From Thermodesulfobacteriota bacterium (GTDB lineage Bacteria > Desulfobacterota > Desulfarculia > JACQYL01), in assembly GCA_963675595.2 (NCBI GenBank), contig CAXXLZ010000002.1, positions 256,001-320,000 on the forward strand: 64,000 bases of DNA, written 5' to 3'. Below the pieces are notes generated by a model. It saw only the letters and a list, made by a program, of their open reading frames with translations, was not told the DNA's origin and searched no databases. The position numbers and the translations under genes were made by a program. Below, one piece after another: positions 21,528 through 31,943 of the stretch. Position 1 is the stretch's first letter; every line of letters begins with the position of its first letter.

Positions 21528-23240
21528 ATGGAGTCCTTCATGTCCGTACCCCTGATCCTTGCGATCCCACAGTACCTGGAGTCATTTCTGAACAAATGGT
21601 CCGCCGGCATGGACCGGGCCGGATACCTGAAATACACCACGGCCAAGCGTGAAGACTGTATTTCATCCTTCGAGGCCTTCATCACCCCTCTCTTGGAGTT
21701 TTCGGCTTCCTACAACCTGCTGCCGGGTTTCGGGGAGGTTTTGAAAGACCATAGGCACTGGGCCGATCGGACGGTGGAAATCGCACGGAGGCATCGATTC
21801 CGGGGCATCACCGCCGAGATGTTCCTCGGTTGCTTCTCAACGCTCGTGCATGCGGTCTGCGAAGTGATCCGGGAGATGGACGCTCCGACGGAGGACCGGC
21901 TCGAAACGATCCAATCCATCGGTGAAGTGGGAGACGCTTATTCCGCCGTAATCCTGGCCGATTGGACAGCCCTGTCCCGCGACGAAGAAGTCCGGGAGCT
22001 TGTGGAAGCCAATCGCCGGCTCACCCTGGAGAAGAACCGGTACGAGAATCTCTTCGCCGCAACTTCGGACATGGTCTTGGTGACGGATGCCGACGGTTGC
22101 GTGGTGGAGGCCAACGCCACCGCTCGGGCCGTACTGGGAGGTCGGAACGTTCTCGGAAAGTGGTTCTGGGAACTACTCGACCTGGAGGGGCGAAACATCC
22201 ATGAGGTGATGCATTACTATCGCATGGAGGATTCCCATGAAATCAGCCCGTTCGAAGACGGTTCCGTTTTCAAGTTGAGGCTCTTTCCTTTGAAATCAGT
22301 GAGCCTGGCCTCCAGGGGATATATGGTGCTTCTGAACAATGTCAGTTGCCTGGTGGGCCAGAGGGAACGCCTCGAATCCGTCGTAAACGAGAGAACCACC
22401 GCCCTGGAGAATACGGCCAAACAGTACAAATCCCTCTTTCAGGCCGCCGGGGAGAGCATTCTCCTCGTGGACACGGACTTCAAGGTAGTGGGGGCCAACC
22501 GGCGATCCACCGACGTCTTCGGCCTTTCCAGGGAGGAGTTCACGGGTCTTCCCTGCAGCGCCCTGTGCCCGACCGACACCGTCGTGAATCTGAACAACGC
22601 CATCCGAAACCTGGACGAGGGCGAAATCCGGCAGTGGGAGATGGTGGGCCGAAGAGCGAGCGGAACTTCCTTTCCCATGGACGTGACCATCAACCGGGTG
22701 GACCTGGATTCTCGTACCCTTTTCCACGTTTTGGTGCGGGACGCCACGCAGAAAAAGGCCATGGAGAACAACCTGCGGCGTGAAAAATCCCAGATGGAGG
22801 AACTCAACATTACCTTGCGCAACGTCATGAAAACCATCGACCACGAACGACGGGACGTACAACGAGCCGTGGCCGAACGAATTCGGGAGTTACTGCTTCC
22901 CGCCGTGGACCGCATTATGCACGAAGGTTCCGCGGAAGTGCGCAAAGGCTATCTCGAAATCATCCGTGATCAGTTGGAAAAGCTGGCCGCGGGGTCCGCA
23001 GGAGAAACGGACGCCCGCCTGCTGAAATTGACGCCCACGGAGATGAAGGTCTGCCGATTCATCCAAGCCGGAAGCACCACCAAGGACATTGCCGAAGCAC
23101 TGAGTCTTTCGGCTGATACGATCCAGACCCACAGAAAGAACATCCGAAAAAAACTGGGGATCCGAGGACGCCAAGTCAATTTGTATACCTACCTGTTGGC
23201 GCATGAACCTCGAGACTCCGGAGCGGCCGGAAGCCGCTGA
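21528..23240 (+). CDS. PAS-PAS-LuxR transcriptional regulator with helical N-terminal sensor
   Basis: C-terminal LTPTEMKV..KDIAEALSLS.DTIQTHRKNIRKKLG HTH; two PAS domains. Confidence 0.9.
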   Translation: MESFMSVPLILAIPQYLESFLNKWSAGMDRAGYLKYTTAKREDCISSFEAFITPLLEFSASYNLLPGFGEVLKDHRHWADRTVEIARRHRFRGITAEMFLGCFSTLVHAVCEVIREMDAPTEDRLETIQSIGEVGDAYSAVILADWTALSRDEEVRELVEANRRLTLEKNRYENLFAATSDMVLVTDADGCVVEANATARAVLGGRNVLGKWFWELLDLEGRNIHEVMHYYRMEDSHEISPFEDGSVFKLRLFPLKSVSLASRGYMVLLNNVSCLVGQRERLESVVNERTTALENTAKQYKSLFQAAGESILLVDTDFKVVGANRRSTDVFGLSREEFTGLPCSALCPTDTVVNLNNAIRNLDEGEIRQWEMVGRRASGTSFPMDVTINRVDLDSRTLFHVLVRDATQKKAMENNLRREKSQMEELNITLRNVMKTIDHERRDVQRAVAERIRELLLPAVDRIMHEGSAEVRKGYLEIIRDQLEKLAAGSAGETDARLLKLTPTEMKVCRFIQAGSTTKDIAEALSLSADTIQTHRKNIRKKLGIRGRQVNLYTYLLAHEPRDSGAAGSR

Positions 23241-23297
23241 CCCCCGGAACCCGCCTCCGCTCGGCATGATCGATCCGCCTCACGGGACGCGCTTCAC

Positions 23298-23317
23298 CGG
23301 GTAGATACATCTACCCG
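23298..23317. promoter_or_regulatory. Palindrome upstream of the molybdoenzyme operon (candidate operator)
   Basis: CGGGTAGAT-AC-ATCTACCCG with perfect 9-bp arms, ~90 bp before the TorD gene. Confidence 0.4.
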
Positions 23318-23408
23318 ATAATTCCCCTATTCCTCCCCTTGTCGATCTCCCAAAGCCCCCGTATCCTGAAATCATGGGCGTAAACTTGATTCTCAACTGC
23401 GAGACGTC

Positions 23409-24023
23409 ATGGGCATGAATCAGCCCCATCGGGATATTTTGGCCGCGCTGCGGGACTTTTTCGCCGCAGGGGACGCGGACAAACGGGCTGAAGCCTTCCG
23501 GAATCTCACAGGCCCGGCCGGGCCGTCCCTTTCGGAGGATTGGAACGCCATCGAATACGCCTACAACCGACTCTTCGTAGGTCCGGCCGCTCCCATCGCC
23601 CCCCCTTTCGCCTCGGTCTACCTGGAACCCGAGCCTCGGCTCATGGGAGAAACCACCGTCAAGGTCGGCCACTTCCGCCGGATGATCGGACTTCACGCCC
23701 CTTTCCGGGAAGACACACCGGAAGATCATATCGCCGGCGAACTCGACATTTGTCTCCATCTGCGCGACACCATCGAACGCTCGAACTCACCGGAGCTGAA
23801 GGCCGCCTACGCCTGGTTCCTCGGCAGGCACATGGCCGCCTGGATTCCCGAATTCCTGGACAGAGTCCGTTGTTCCGAAAATATTCCGGGCGAGATCGTC
23901 CAAACCTGCGCGATTCTCCAAGACCGGCTCCTGCAGGAGCTCAATTGGGCTCGCGGCGGAGACCACGATGCTCTCTCAACACCCCAACCGGGAGGAGAAC
24001 GAAGCCATGAAACCCTGGACTGA
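23409..24023 (+). CDS. TorD/DmsD family molybdoenzyme chaperone
   Basis: YNRLFVGP, PPFASVYLE, PEDHIAGEL and HMAAW motifs. Confidence 0.92.
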   Translation: MGMNQPHRDILAALRDFFAAGDADKRAEAFRNLTGPAGPSLSEDWNAIEYAYNRLFVGPAAPIAPPFASVYLEPEPRLMGETTVKVGHFRRMIGLHAPFREDTPEDHIAGELDICLHLRDTIERSNSPELKAAYAWFLGRHMAAWIPEFLDRVRCSENIPGEIVQTCAILQDRLLQELNWARGGDHDALSTPQPGGERSHETLD

Positions 24024-26277
24024 TGCTTGGATCGAAAAGGCGTTGTCGTCTCCCTTCACACGGCGGCGGTTTCTCAAGGGATTGATCGCCGCGGGTGTGG
24101 CGGCGGCCGCGCCCTGCGGCCTGCCGATCGGAAGCGCAAACGCGGAAGAGATCGTTTACGACGAACCCTACCAGGTCTTTCGGAACGCCTGCCCTCGCAA
24201 CTGCTACGACACCTGTTCCATCAAGACTTATGTGAAGGACGGGGTGGTCCACTTCATCGAAGGAGCTCCCGAATCCTCCTTCACGGACGGCGGCCTTTGC
24301 GTCAAGGGCTTTTCCTACCAGAGGGAGACCTACAGCCCGGATCGAATCAAGTACCCCATGTTCCAGGAAGGCCGAGGATCGGGCAATTGGAAACGGGTCA
24401 CGTGGGAGGAGGCGCTGGATCGTATCGCCCGAAAAATACTGGAAATCAAAGAAAAGGACGGCTCCCTGTTGGGCCTCGGACTGACCAAGTATTCGGGCAA
24501 TTTCGGCATCACCAACTACGGCGTGGAAGGCATGATGACTTCCCTGGGATATACCACCCGGTTCGTGGGAACGCCCTGCTGGCCCGCCGGCATCGACGCC
24601 CAGAATTACGACATGGGAGACATGTGGTGCAACGATCCCGAGGATCTGGTCAAGAGCCGGTATATCATTCTTTGGGGAGCCAATCCGGCTTGGTGCTCGA
24701 TCCACTCCATGAAGTACATCTACGCGGCCCAGGAACAAGGAGCCAAGGTGCTGGCTATTGACCCCGTGTTCACCCAGGCCGCGGCCAAAGCGGATGAATA
24801 TTGGCAGGTGAAAACCGGAGAAGACGGCGCCCTCGCCTTGGGCATGGCCCGGCATCTGCTCGACCGAGAAATGGTGGACCGTGATTTCCTGAACCGTCAC
24901 GCGTTGGGCTTCGAACAGTTCGCGGATTATCTGAGGCAAGAGGTGACCCTCGACTGGGCGGCGAATCGATGCGGCATCCCGGCCGAGCACATCGCCCGGG
25001 CGGCGGAGGAATTCGCCTCGGCCAAACCCGCCACCGTCTGGATCGGCTACGGTCTGCAGCGTCACGTCAATGGAGGAGCCACGGTTCGCGCCATCGACGC
25101 TCTGGCGGCCATGACGGGAAACGTGGGCAAGGAGGGGGGCGGCGCCCGTTACGGTCACCTGTTTACCTGGGGATTCAACTACCATGCCCTGGTGCAGAAG
25201 CAGCCCGAAGGGTCCGTCGGATTCTTGGGCGAATCGGGGCCCAAAGGCGAATTCGATTTCAAACAGGAAAAAGCGACCTATTCCGACCGCACGGTGAACA
25301 TCAACAAGACGGCGCGATCCATCCTCGAGTTGGACAATCCCCCCCTGCGCATGCTTTGGGTTTCCTGCAAGAATCCCTTCAGTCAGGATTTCGACCTGAA
25401 CATGATGAAGAAGGCCTTCGACAAACTCGAAACCATCGTGGTGGTGGATAAGTTCTTCAACCAGACCGCTCAGAACGCGGACATCGTTCTTCCCGTAACC
25501 ACGAATCTGGAAGAATGGACCGTCAACGTATCCTACTGGCATTACTGGATCGGCATCAACGAACAAGCGGTGAAGCCCCTGTTCGAGGCCAAATCCAATA
25601 TCGAGATCGCGGCGGCGCTCTCCAAGAAGATGAACGAACTCTCTCCCGGGTCCTGCACCTTTGCCACGGAGATCGACACCAAGGAATGGATGGAGAAGGA
25701 ATTCAATCAGGGAATCTACGATCTGTTCGGCATCCAATCCTGGGAGGACTTGAGGGAGGGTCCTCGCAAAGCCAAGCTGCCGTCATCCGCCGCGTGGCAC
25801 GATTTGAATTTCAAGACACCCTCCGGCAAATACGAGTTCTATTCCCGATTGGCCGCAGACCACGGGCACGACGCACTGCCCAAATACAAACCCAACCGTA
25901 CTCCTTACGGCCCCTTTCGACTTCTGACTCCGCATTCCAAGTTCAACATCCATTCCCAGTTTCAACATCTCGACTATATGGAGGATTTCAATCCCAAGCC
26001 TTTCGTCTACATTCATCCGGACACCGCAGCGGGCAAAGGCATCGGAAACGGCGACCGGGTGAAGGTTTTCAACAAGGTGGGTGAAGTGGTCCTGACCGCG
26101 CAATTAACGGACAATGTCCCGCCGGATACGGTGCTCCTGTACGAAGCATGGTTCCGCAACAATCCCTATAATGTCCAAAACGTTGTGGACGATGAATCGG
26201 CGGATATGGGTCTGTACAAAACCGGCGCACCGGGCGTGGCCATCCACGACCAATTCGCCGATATCGCCCGGGCGTAA
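24007..26277 (+). CDS. Tat-exported Mo/W-bisPGD oxidoreductase catalytic subunit, substrate unknown
   Basis: TRRRFLK Tat motif, CPRNCYDTC...LCVKG Fe-S motif, WGANP, ADIVLP, IHSQF and IHPDTA. Confidence 0.93.
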   Translation: MKPWTDAWIEKALSSPFTRRRFLKGLIAAGVAAAAPCGLPIGSANAEEIVYDEPYQVFRNACPRNCYDTCSIKTYVKDGVVHFIEGAPESSFTDGGLCVKGFSYQRETYSPDRIKYPMFQEGRGSGNWKRVTWEEALDRIARKILEIKEKDGSLLGLGLTKYSGNFGITNYGVEGMMTSLGYTTRFVGTPCWPAGIDAQNYDMGDMWCNDPEDLVKSRYIILWGANPAWCSIHSMKYIYAAQEQGAKVLAIDPVFTQAAAKADEYWQVKTGEDGALALGMARHLLDREMVDRDFLNRHALGFEQFADYLRQEVTLDWAANRCGIPAEHIARAAEEFASAKPATVWIGYGLQRHVNGGATVRAIDALAAMTGNVGKEGGGARYGHLFTWGFNYHALVQKQPEGSVGFLGESGPKGEFDFKQEKATYSDRTVNINKTARSILELDNPPLRMLWVSCKNPFSQDFDLNMMKKAFDKLETIVVVDKFFNQTAQNADIVLPVTTNLEEWTVNVSYWHYWIGINEQAVKPLFEAKSNIEIAAALSKKMNELSPGSCTFATEIDTKEWMEKEFNQGIYDLFGIQSWEDLREGPRKAKLPSSAAWHDLNFKTPSGKYEFYSRLAADHGHDALPKYKPNRTPYGPFRLLTPHSKFNIHSQFQHLDYMEDFNPKPFVYIHPDTAAGKGIGNGDRVKVFNKVGEVVLTAQLTDNVPPDTVLLYEAWFRNNPYNVQNVVDDESADMGLYKTGAPGVAIHDQFADIARA

Positions 26278-26289
26278 GGAGGGGAAGAC

Positions 26290-26859
26290 ATGAACAAGAA
26301 TCAGGTCGCATTCTTTGTGGATGTGAAGCGCTGCATCGGCTGCTTTTCCTGCGCCATGGCGTGTAAAAACCAGTACCACCAACCCCCCGGGGTGGTGTGG
26401 CGATACGTCTACTCCCTGAAAGAGGAAATCTACGCACACCACGAGCGGGCCTTTTTGTCCCTGGCCTGCAACCATTGCGAACATCCGACCTGCCTGGAGG
26501 TCTGTCCGGTGGAGGCCTACACCAAACGGGAGAAGGACGGCATCGTGGTGCACCATCAGGATAAGTGCATCGGGTGCGGCAACTGTATCCGATCCTGTCC
26601 CTATGGAGCCCCCAGATATAATCCCGAATTGAAAAAGGCGGAGAAATGCAGCTTCTGCTGGGAACGGCAGGACGCCGGCCTGAAGCCCGCGTGCATTCTG
26701 GGATGCCCCACCAAGGCATTGCAGATCGTTCGCCTCGCGGATTTCAAACGACCCGGCTCGCTTCAATACATCGCAGGATTCCCGCGGATGACCGCGCTGA
26801 ACCCCTCGGTCCGATTCAATCCTCCGCGTCAACCCATGGAAGTCAGGAGGGCGTTATGA
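26290..26859 (+). CDS. DmsB-like 4x[4Fe-4S] subunit
   Basis: CIGCFSCAMAC, CNHCEHPTCLEVCP, CIGCGNCIRSCP and KCSFC..PACILGCP. Confidence 0.95.
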   Translation: MNKNQVAFFVDVKRCIGCFSCAMACKNQYHQPPGVVWRYVYSLKEEIYAHHERAFLSLACNHCEHPTCLEVCPVEAYTKREKDGIVVHHQDKCIGCGNCIRSCPYGAPRYNPELKKAEKCSFCWERQDAGLKPACILGCPTKALQIVRLADFKRPGSLQYIAGFPRMTALNPSVRFNPPRQPMEVRRAL

Positions 26860-27662
26860 ACGGCATGGAATTACCTTTGGTATTCTTCACCGTATTGGGC
26901 CAGGCCGCGGTAGGCATGACCCTCATCGCGGCCATGCGCCGACATGCAACCGATTCCGGAGGCCCCGTCTTTGCCGGCCGTAACGAGTGGCTCACGGCCC
27001 TCATCATCCTCGGCGTAGGCATGGCCGCCAGTCTGTTCCATCTGGGGCATCCCACGGGAAGTCCCAGAACGCTGGTCCATCTGAGCACTTCCTGGCTGTC
27101 GAGAGAAGTCCTGATGCTCGGACTCTTCGGCGTGCTGCTCGTCATCGGATTTCTCACCGTCCCCCAAACCTCCGGCTCCTCCGTACTGATCACCCTTACC
27201 GCTTTGGTGGGCCTGGCGGGCCTCATCGCTTCGGGGCTGACCTATGCACCGCCCAGTTTCCCCGCTCTGAACAACGGCGTGCCCGTCCTGCTCTTTCTAC
27301 TCACCGCTTTGATCATGGGGCCGGCGGTCTGCTCCTATTTCACTTCGGAAGACACACAGGCGCTTCTCACCGGGATTCTGGGCACGGCCCTCATCCTGGG
27401 GCTGGTGATGAACCTTATTCTGCCGTCGGTCTGGATGTCCGGAGGACGGGTCATGCAAATGACCGGAGCGGCCCACTACGGTTCGGCCCTTTATTGGATT
27501 CGACTGGGGGGCGAGTTCGGTGTGGGTTTGGCCGTGATCGCCGCAACGAGAAGAATCCCCGTCTGGCTGCCCGTGGTGCTGCTGGCCGGGGAAATCCTGG
27601 GGAGAATTCTGTTCTTCTCCAAAGTCGTCCACACGGCAACTAATATCGGGGGGTTGTATTAG
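26856..27662 (+). CDS. DmsC-like membrane anchor
   Basis: ELPLVFFTVLGQAAVG, SLFHLGHP, SWLSRE and GEILGRILFF. Confidence 0.92.
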   Translation: MNGMELPLVFFTVLGQAAVGMTLIAAMRRHATDSGGPVFAGRNEWLTALIILGVGMAASLFHLGHPTGSPRTLVHLSTSWLSREVLMLGLFGVLLVIGFLTVPQTSGSSVLITLTALVGLAGLIASGLTYAPPSFPALNNGVPVLLFLLTALIMGPAVCSYFTSEDTQALLTGILGTALILGLVMNLILPSVWMSGGRVMQMTGAAHYGSALYWIRLGGEFGVGLAVIAATRRIPVWLPVVLLAGEILGRILFFSKVVHTATNIGGLY

Positions 27663-28022
27663 CGGGCCGTTCGGATCCGTTGCGGGGTTCTTCCGTCGAG
27701 TGCGAGAGAAAGCCCGCAACGTCTCTCACTTCTCCGGCGGTGAAGCTTCATGCGGTGATTAGACTTGCGGACCGGGGCGCCCTTGTCGGGGGCTCCGTTC
27801 CCAATGCGTCCGACAATCGGTCTCCTAAGGCCCCCTCACCCCGGTTGCGAAGCGGAAGCGAGCAAACCGCTCAACAAGTTTTGGTGGGGTCCGGGGATCC
27901 CTTTTTCAAGAGATATCCACGCCTACCCTGTGAATAGATACAAGGAAGAAGCCGTGTCCGGCCCTCATTCCTCATGCCCACCGGGCCTTTCGACGGGTGG
28001 ATCCTTGTGGACGATTCTGCAT

Positions 28023-28733
28023 TCAGGAGCTTCGATTCTTGAAGAAGTCCTGAACATACTGGATGTGTCTGTGCATGGCGTTTAACGCGCCCTGAGGATC
28101 GCGCCGGATGATGTTCTCAAGAACCAGCGTGTGCTGCTCCAATATCCAGTGCACGTTGTCGGGGTCCTCATACAGGTGGGTCAGGTTCTTCTTGATGCCC
28201 ACGAAAAGAAAGTCGTAGAAATTCTTCATGATGTAGATATGAACCGGGTTCTTGGTGGCGTAGGCGATGGCCATATGGAAAGCCGCGTCCTCTTCGGTTC
28301 CCAACCTGCCCTCCCGCCCCTCACGCCTCATACTGTCGATGCTGCCTTTCATGAATTGGATGTCTTCCTCATCGGCCCGTTCGGCGGCAAGGAAGGCTGC
28401 GTTGCACTCCAGTCCCATACGAACTTCCAGCAGCTCGTGAATCGTGGCGTCCTGATTCTCCACCGCGGCCGCCACGATGTTCCCGATGCGGGCTTCCGGC
28501 GAACGCACAAAGGTTCCTTGGCCCTGCTTGTGCTCAAGGAGTCCCAGAACCACCAGCTTGTTGATGGCGTTTCTGACCGTGGTTCGGCTGACGTTGAGCG
28601 CTTCCGAAAGCTCCCGCTCGGGCATCAATTGCTCTCCCGGCTTGATGGTGCCCCGAAAGATCAGGTCTCGAAGCTGCTCATAAACCTGGTCGGAAATACG
28701 TTTTGCTTTGATCGGCTTGATGGTGACGTTCAT
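28023..28733 (-). CDS. FadR/GntR family regulator (LldR/GlcC-like)
   Basis: PGEQLMPERELS..VSRTTVR..GQGTFV HTH; FCD domain with FHMAIA. Confidence 0.93.
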   Translation of the reverse strand: MNVTIKPIKAKRISDQVYEQLRDLIFRGTIKPGEQLMPERELSEALNVSRTTVRNAINKLVVLGLLEHKQGQGTFVRSPEARIGNIVAAAVENQDATIHELLEVRMGLECNAAFLAAERADEEDIQFMKGSIDSMRREGREGRLGTEEDAAFHMAIAYATKNPVHIYIMKNFYDFLFVGIKKNLTHLYEDPDNVHWILEQHTLVLENIIRRDPQGALNAMHRHIQYVQDFFKNRSS

Positions 28734-30028
28734 GTTGCGTCCAAATACTCGGCGTAGAGTTGAATCGGATGTTTGACCCGGATACCGGCCTCCCCTTTGG
28801 ACAGCATGTCGGATAGCTGCATCATGCACGCGGGGCAAGCCGTAGCTACGATCCCGCATCCGGTGGATAAAATCCGATCCCGTTTTCGTTCGCCGATTCT
28901 GGCCGACAGCTCGTAGTACTGCAAGTTAAAACTGCCTCCCATGCCGCAACAAGTATCGGCTTCGGGCATCTCCACCAACCGAATTCGAGGATCGGCTTGA
29001 ATCAATTCCCTGGGCTCTTTCCACACACCCAGGGATTTCTTCAGATGGCAGGGATCGTGGTAGGTGACGCAGGTCCCACCCTCCTCCCGTGCAGGAGCCG
29101 CTCGGACCCCGACCCGTGAGACGAGAAATTGATCGATGTCCATGGTCTTCTCCGACATCCGTAGGACGCGTGCGTGCAAGGCCGCGTCCGATCGGGTCAT
29201 GACCGGCCACATCTTCTTGATGGTGGAAGCGCACGTGGCGCAGGAAGTGATCAACACGTCGAAGGGACCCTCTTCGAACCGATCAAGATTGAAACGAACG
29301 AGACGTAGGAAGGTCGCCATATCCCCGGAAGAAAGCGCCGGAATCCCGCAACAGCCCTGCTCCCCCGGGAGGAATACGGGAATCCGATGATGCTCCAGAA
29401 CCTTCAAGGTGTCTTCCGCGATCTCCGGGAAGACCTTGTCGATCAGGCAACCCACGAACAAGCCCACGGCCGTTTGGGAATCCTTCGAGGCCCTCATTTG
29501 CGGTCTGCGTCGAGCATGAAACGGCCTTTCGGCCAGAGGGCGGAAATGCCTGTCTCCGATCAGAGGCGATGAAATTCGGGCGCAGGAAGTGCCCAAGACT
29601 TCGTCGACTTCTTTGGTGAAGACCTTCTGGAAGCGGGCGCCCCACTCGGTAATCCTGTCGAACAGGGTCGGATGAGCCAGCATACCGCGCAGCAGCAGCC
29701 GTTTTCCCGGGGACATTCCCATGTAGCCGGCCAGAATGGCCCGGGCCTTGAGGAAAATTTCCAGCGCACTCACCCCGCTGGGGCAGCCGGCCGCGCAGGA
29801 ACCGCACAACAGACACCGGTTCAGCCGTTCCCAGACGCCTTGGGGATTGTCGAACATCTCCCGCATGAGGCCGTCCAGTAGTGCGAGCTTTCCCCGGGCC
29901 ACGTCGGCCTCCCGCCCCGTAACGGCATACAGCGGGCACACGGCTTGGCAAAGGCCGCAGCTGATACAAAGAACGAGCTGTTCCTCCAATTCCTTCATCA
30001 ATCGGGTCAAGGCCCTCATATCGTCCAC
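28730..30028 (-). CDS. GlcF-like 2x[4Fe-4S] + 2xCCG protein
   Basis: CISCGLCQAVCP, ARGK, CLLCGSCAAGCP, GCCG, YHDPCHL and CCGMGG. GTG start follows AAGGAGG. Confidence 0.9.
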   Translation of the reverse strand: MDDMRALTRLMKELEEQLVLCISCGLCQAVCPLYAVTGREADVARGKLALLDGLMREMFDNPQGVWERLNRCLLCGSCAAGCPSGVSALEIFLKARAILAGYMGMSPGKRLLLRGMLAHPTLFDRITEWGARFQKVFTKEVDEVLGTSCARISSPLIGDRHFRPLAERPFHARRRPQMRASKDSQTAVGLFVGCLIDKVFPEIAEDTLKVLEHHRIPVFLPGEQGCCGIPALSSGDMATFLRLVRFNLDRFEEGPFDVLITSCATCASTIKKMWPVMTRSDAALHARVLRMSEKTMDIDQFLVSRVGVRAAPAREEGGTCVTYHDPCHLKKSLGVWKEPRELIQADPRIRLVEMPEADTCCGMGGSFNLQYYELSARIGERKRDRILSTGCGIVATACPACMMQLSDMLSKGEAGIRVKHPIQLYAEYLDAT

Positions 30029-30276
30029 GACGCTCAAGCCTCCTTTGGGCCATGAAAGCGCTTCAAGCTCACAGCCGCTACCGGCGTCGACGCCCGGTCG
30101 CACCCGAAGCGAACACCCGATCCGGATGGAGAAGAGTCGAAAATAGGTGCGTGGCGAAGCTGCTCCCATGAGGCGGAGTGCCCCGAGAAAACGTTTTCGC
30201 CCCGCACCGGACGATGATATTCTTTAAGGAAAGCAGGATTCATGTAGAAGTCTCCTTGGCTTGGGCGGTGTCCGGT

Positions 30277-30440
30277 ATTGGTATGACCATTGTAAATAAA
30301 ATGGGGCACCTTCCCGGATCCACCGCCAAGATCCACATTAAGTATAAGCCGTACGTGGAAATTTGTCACCAAAATTACTAAGCGCTTGACATGGAGTCCC
30401 CCCCAAATATAAAAGGTAGGACCAATATGGACAAGACCAG
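30277..30440. promoter_or_regulatory. Divergent promoter region with FadR-type boxes and a sigma70 promoter
   Basis: ATTGGTATGACCATT (30277-30291); TTGACA-16-TATAAA (30386-30413); AAGGTAGGACCAAT and ATGGACAAGACCAG immediately downstream. Confidence 0.75.
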
Positions 30441-30598
30441 CCTCACCCGTTCTCATGTCCCCGCTGAATGGTCCCTACCTTCTCACCGGAAAGGAGGTGA
30501 TCACCTCGACGCCCGATTTCGCCCTCTCTGTCAACCCCTAACCAAGACACAGGTACATTTCCACGAAACCGGCCTGCAAACCACAGGAGGATTGGGCC

Positions 30599-31753
30599 AT
30601 GAGAAAAGCCTTCATCGGATCTATTTGTCTGGCACTCGTCTTCGCCTTCACCCTCACTCTTTCCGAAGCTGCTGAAAAACGCGGCAAATTCGGCGTCGAC
30701 GACCGACATGAAATCGCGAAACGCGTCAGTTTCAAACCCTCCACTGAAAAAGTCCGTTGGAAAATGGTGATGCCCTGGTCCAAGGGCTTGCTTTTCTACG
30801 ACATTGCCGTGCATTTCACCGACAGCGTACGCCTGGCTTCCGCCGGTCGTCTGGACATCAAAGCCTTTTCCGCCGGCGAACTCGTACCCGCCATGCAGAG
30901 CTTCGACGCCGTCAGCCAAGGAGTGGCTCAGGTCGGACACGATTGGCCCGGGTATTGGAAGGGCAAAAACGAAGCCTTCGTGGCCTTCGCCTCCGTGCCT
31001 TTCGGACTGGACGCCGAAGGCTACAACATCTGGCTGTACGAAAAAGGCGGCTTGAAAATGATGCAGGACCTGTACGGCCAATTCAATCTTTTCGCTCTTC
31101 CCGGCGGCCAGTGCGGCCAGGAGATGGGGCTCTTCTCCAACAAACGCGCCACCAAGATGCAGGATTTCAAAGGTATGCGCGTCCGTACGCCCGGATGGTA
31201 CATGGACATCATGAACAATCTCGGCGCCTCGGTCAGCCCCCTTCCCGGCGGGGAAATCTACCTGGCGCTTGAGCGCGGCGTCATCGACGCGGCCGAGTTT
31301 TCCTCACCCGCCATCAACTACCCCATGGGTTTCGATGAGATCACCAAATACGCCATTCAGCCGGGCGTTCATCAGCCGGGCATCCAGTGCGCCCTCTTCT
31401 TCAACAAGGACGCTTATGACAAGCTCCCCGAAGACCTCAAATGGATCATCGATATCTGTGCCAAGGAAACCCAGCTCTGGAGCTACAACTGGATCAACAG
31501 CCTCAACGCAGAGGCCATCCGAAGATTTAAGGAAAAAATCGAAATCGTAAAGATGGACACGGATACCCTTATCCAGTTCAGAAAAACCACCAAGCAATAC
31601 CTCGATTCCGTCAAGGAAAAGTATCCGGATGTGAAGAAGGTCCTGGACTCCCAGGAAGGCTTCCTGGAAGAGTATGCCATTTGGAGAGACGCCAGAAGCG
31701 GTGCGGCTCCCTGGCCTTATGATATCTACATCACCGGACGCATCACCGAATAA
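30599..31753 (+). CDS. dctP: TRAP transporter substrate-binding protein (TakP/monocarboxylate type)
   Basis: Signal peptide; GYWKGK, GMRVRTPG and GEIYLALERGVIDAAE. Confidence 0.93.
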   Translation: MRKAFIGSICLALVFAFTLTLSEAAEKRGKFGVDDRHEIAKRVSFKPSTEKVRWKMVMPWSKGLLFYDIAVHFTDSVRLASAGRLDIKAFSAGELVPAMQSFDAVSQGVAQVGHDWPGYWKGKNEAFVAFASVPFGLDAEGYNIWLYEKGGLKMMQDLYGQFNLFALPGGQCGQEMGLFSNKRATKMQDFKGMRVRTPGWYMDIMNNLGASVSPLPGGEIYLALERGVIDAAEFSSPAINYPMGFDEITKYAIQPGVHQPGIQCALFFNKDAYDKLPEDLKWIIDICAKETQLWSYNWINSLNAEAIRRFKEKIEIVKMDTDTLIQFRKTTKQYLDSVKEKYPDVKKVLDSQEGFLEEYAIWRDARSGAAPWPYDIYITGRITE

Positions 31754-31943
31754 TCCTGCGGCCGGTCCCTCCCGGCGGGTCCGGGAGGGGCGCCGCCCCT
31801 ATGCCGATGGGAAGACACCGGGCCACTTTGTTCAACGTGAAGAAACCCAGCGGCCGGCGGCGAGGAGGAACGGTCCGGACCGACGAAATCACACGGCAAC
31901 CTGAATAAACTTTTTCGCCAACAGACTTTGAGGAAACGGCATC

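Noticed and set aside
23941-25737. Long antisense ORFs (also 34445-35962, 40243-41487, 54470-55804, 56848-58089, 62634-63983)
   Set aside because: Shadows of well-supported genes in GC-rich DNA, with no motifs.
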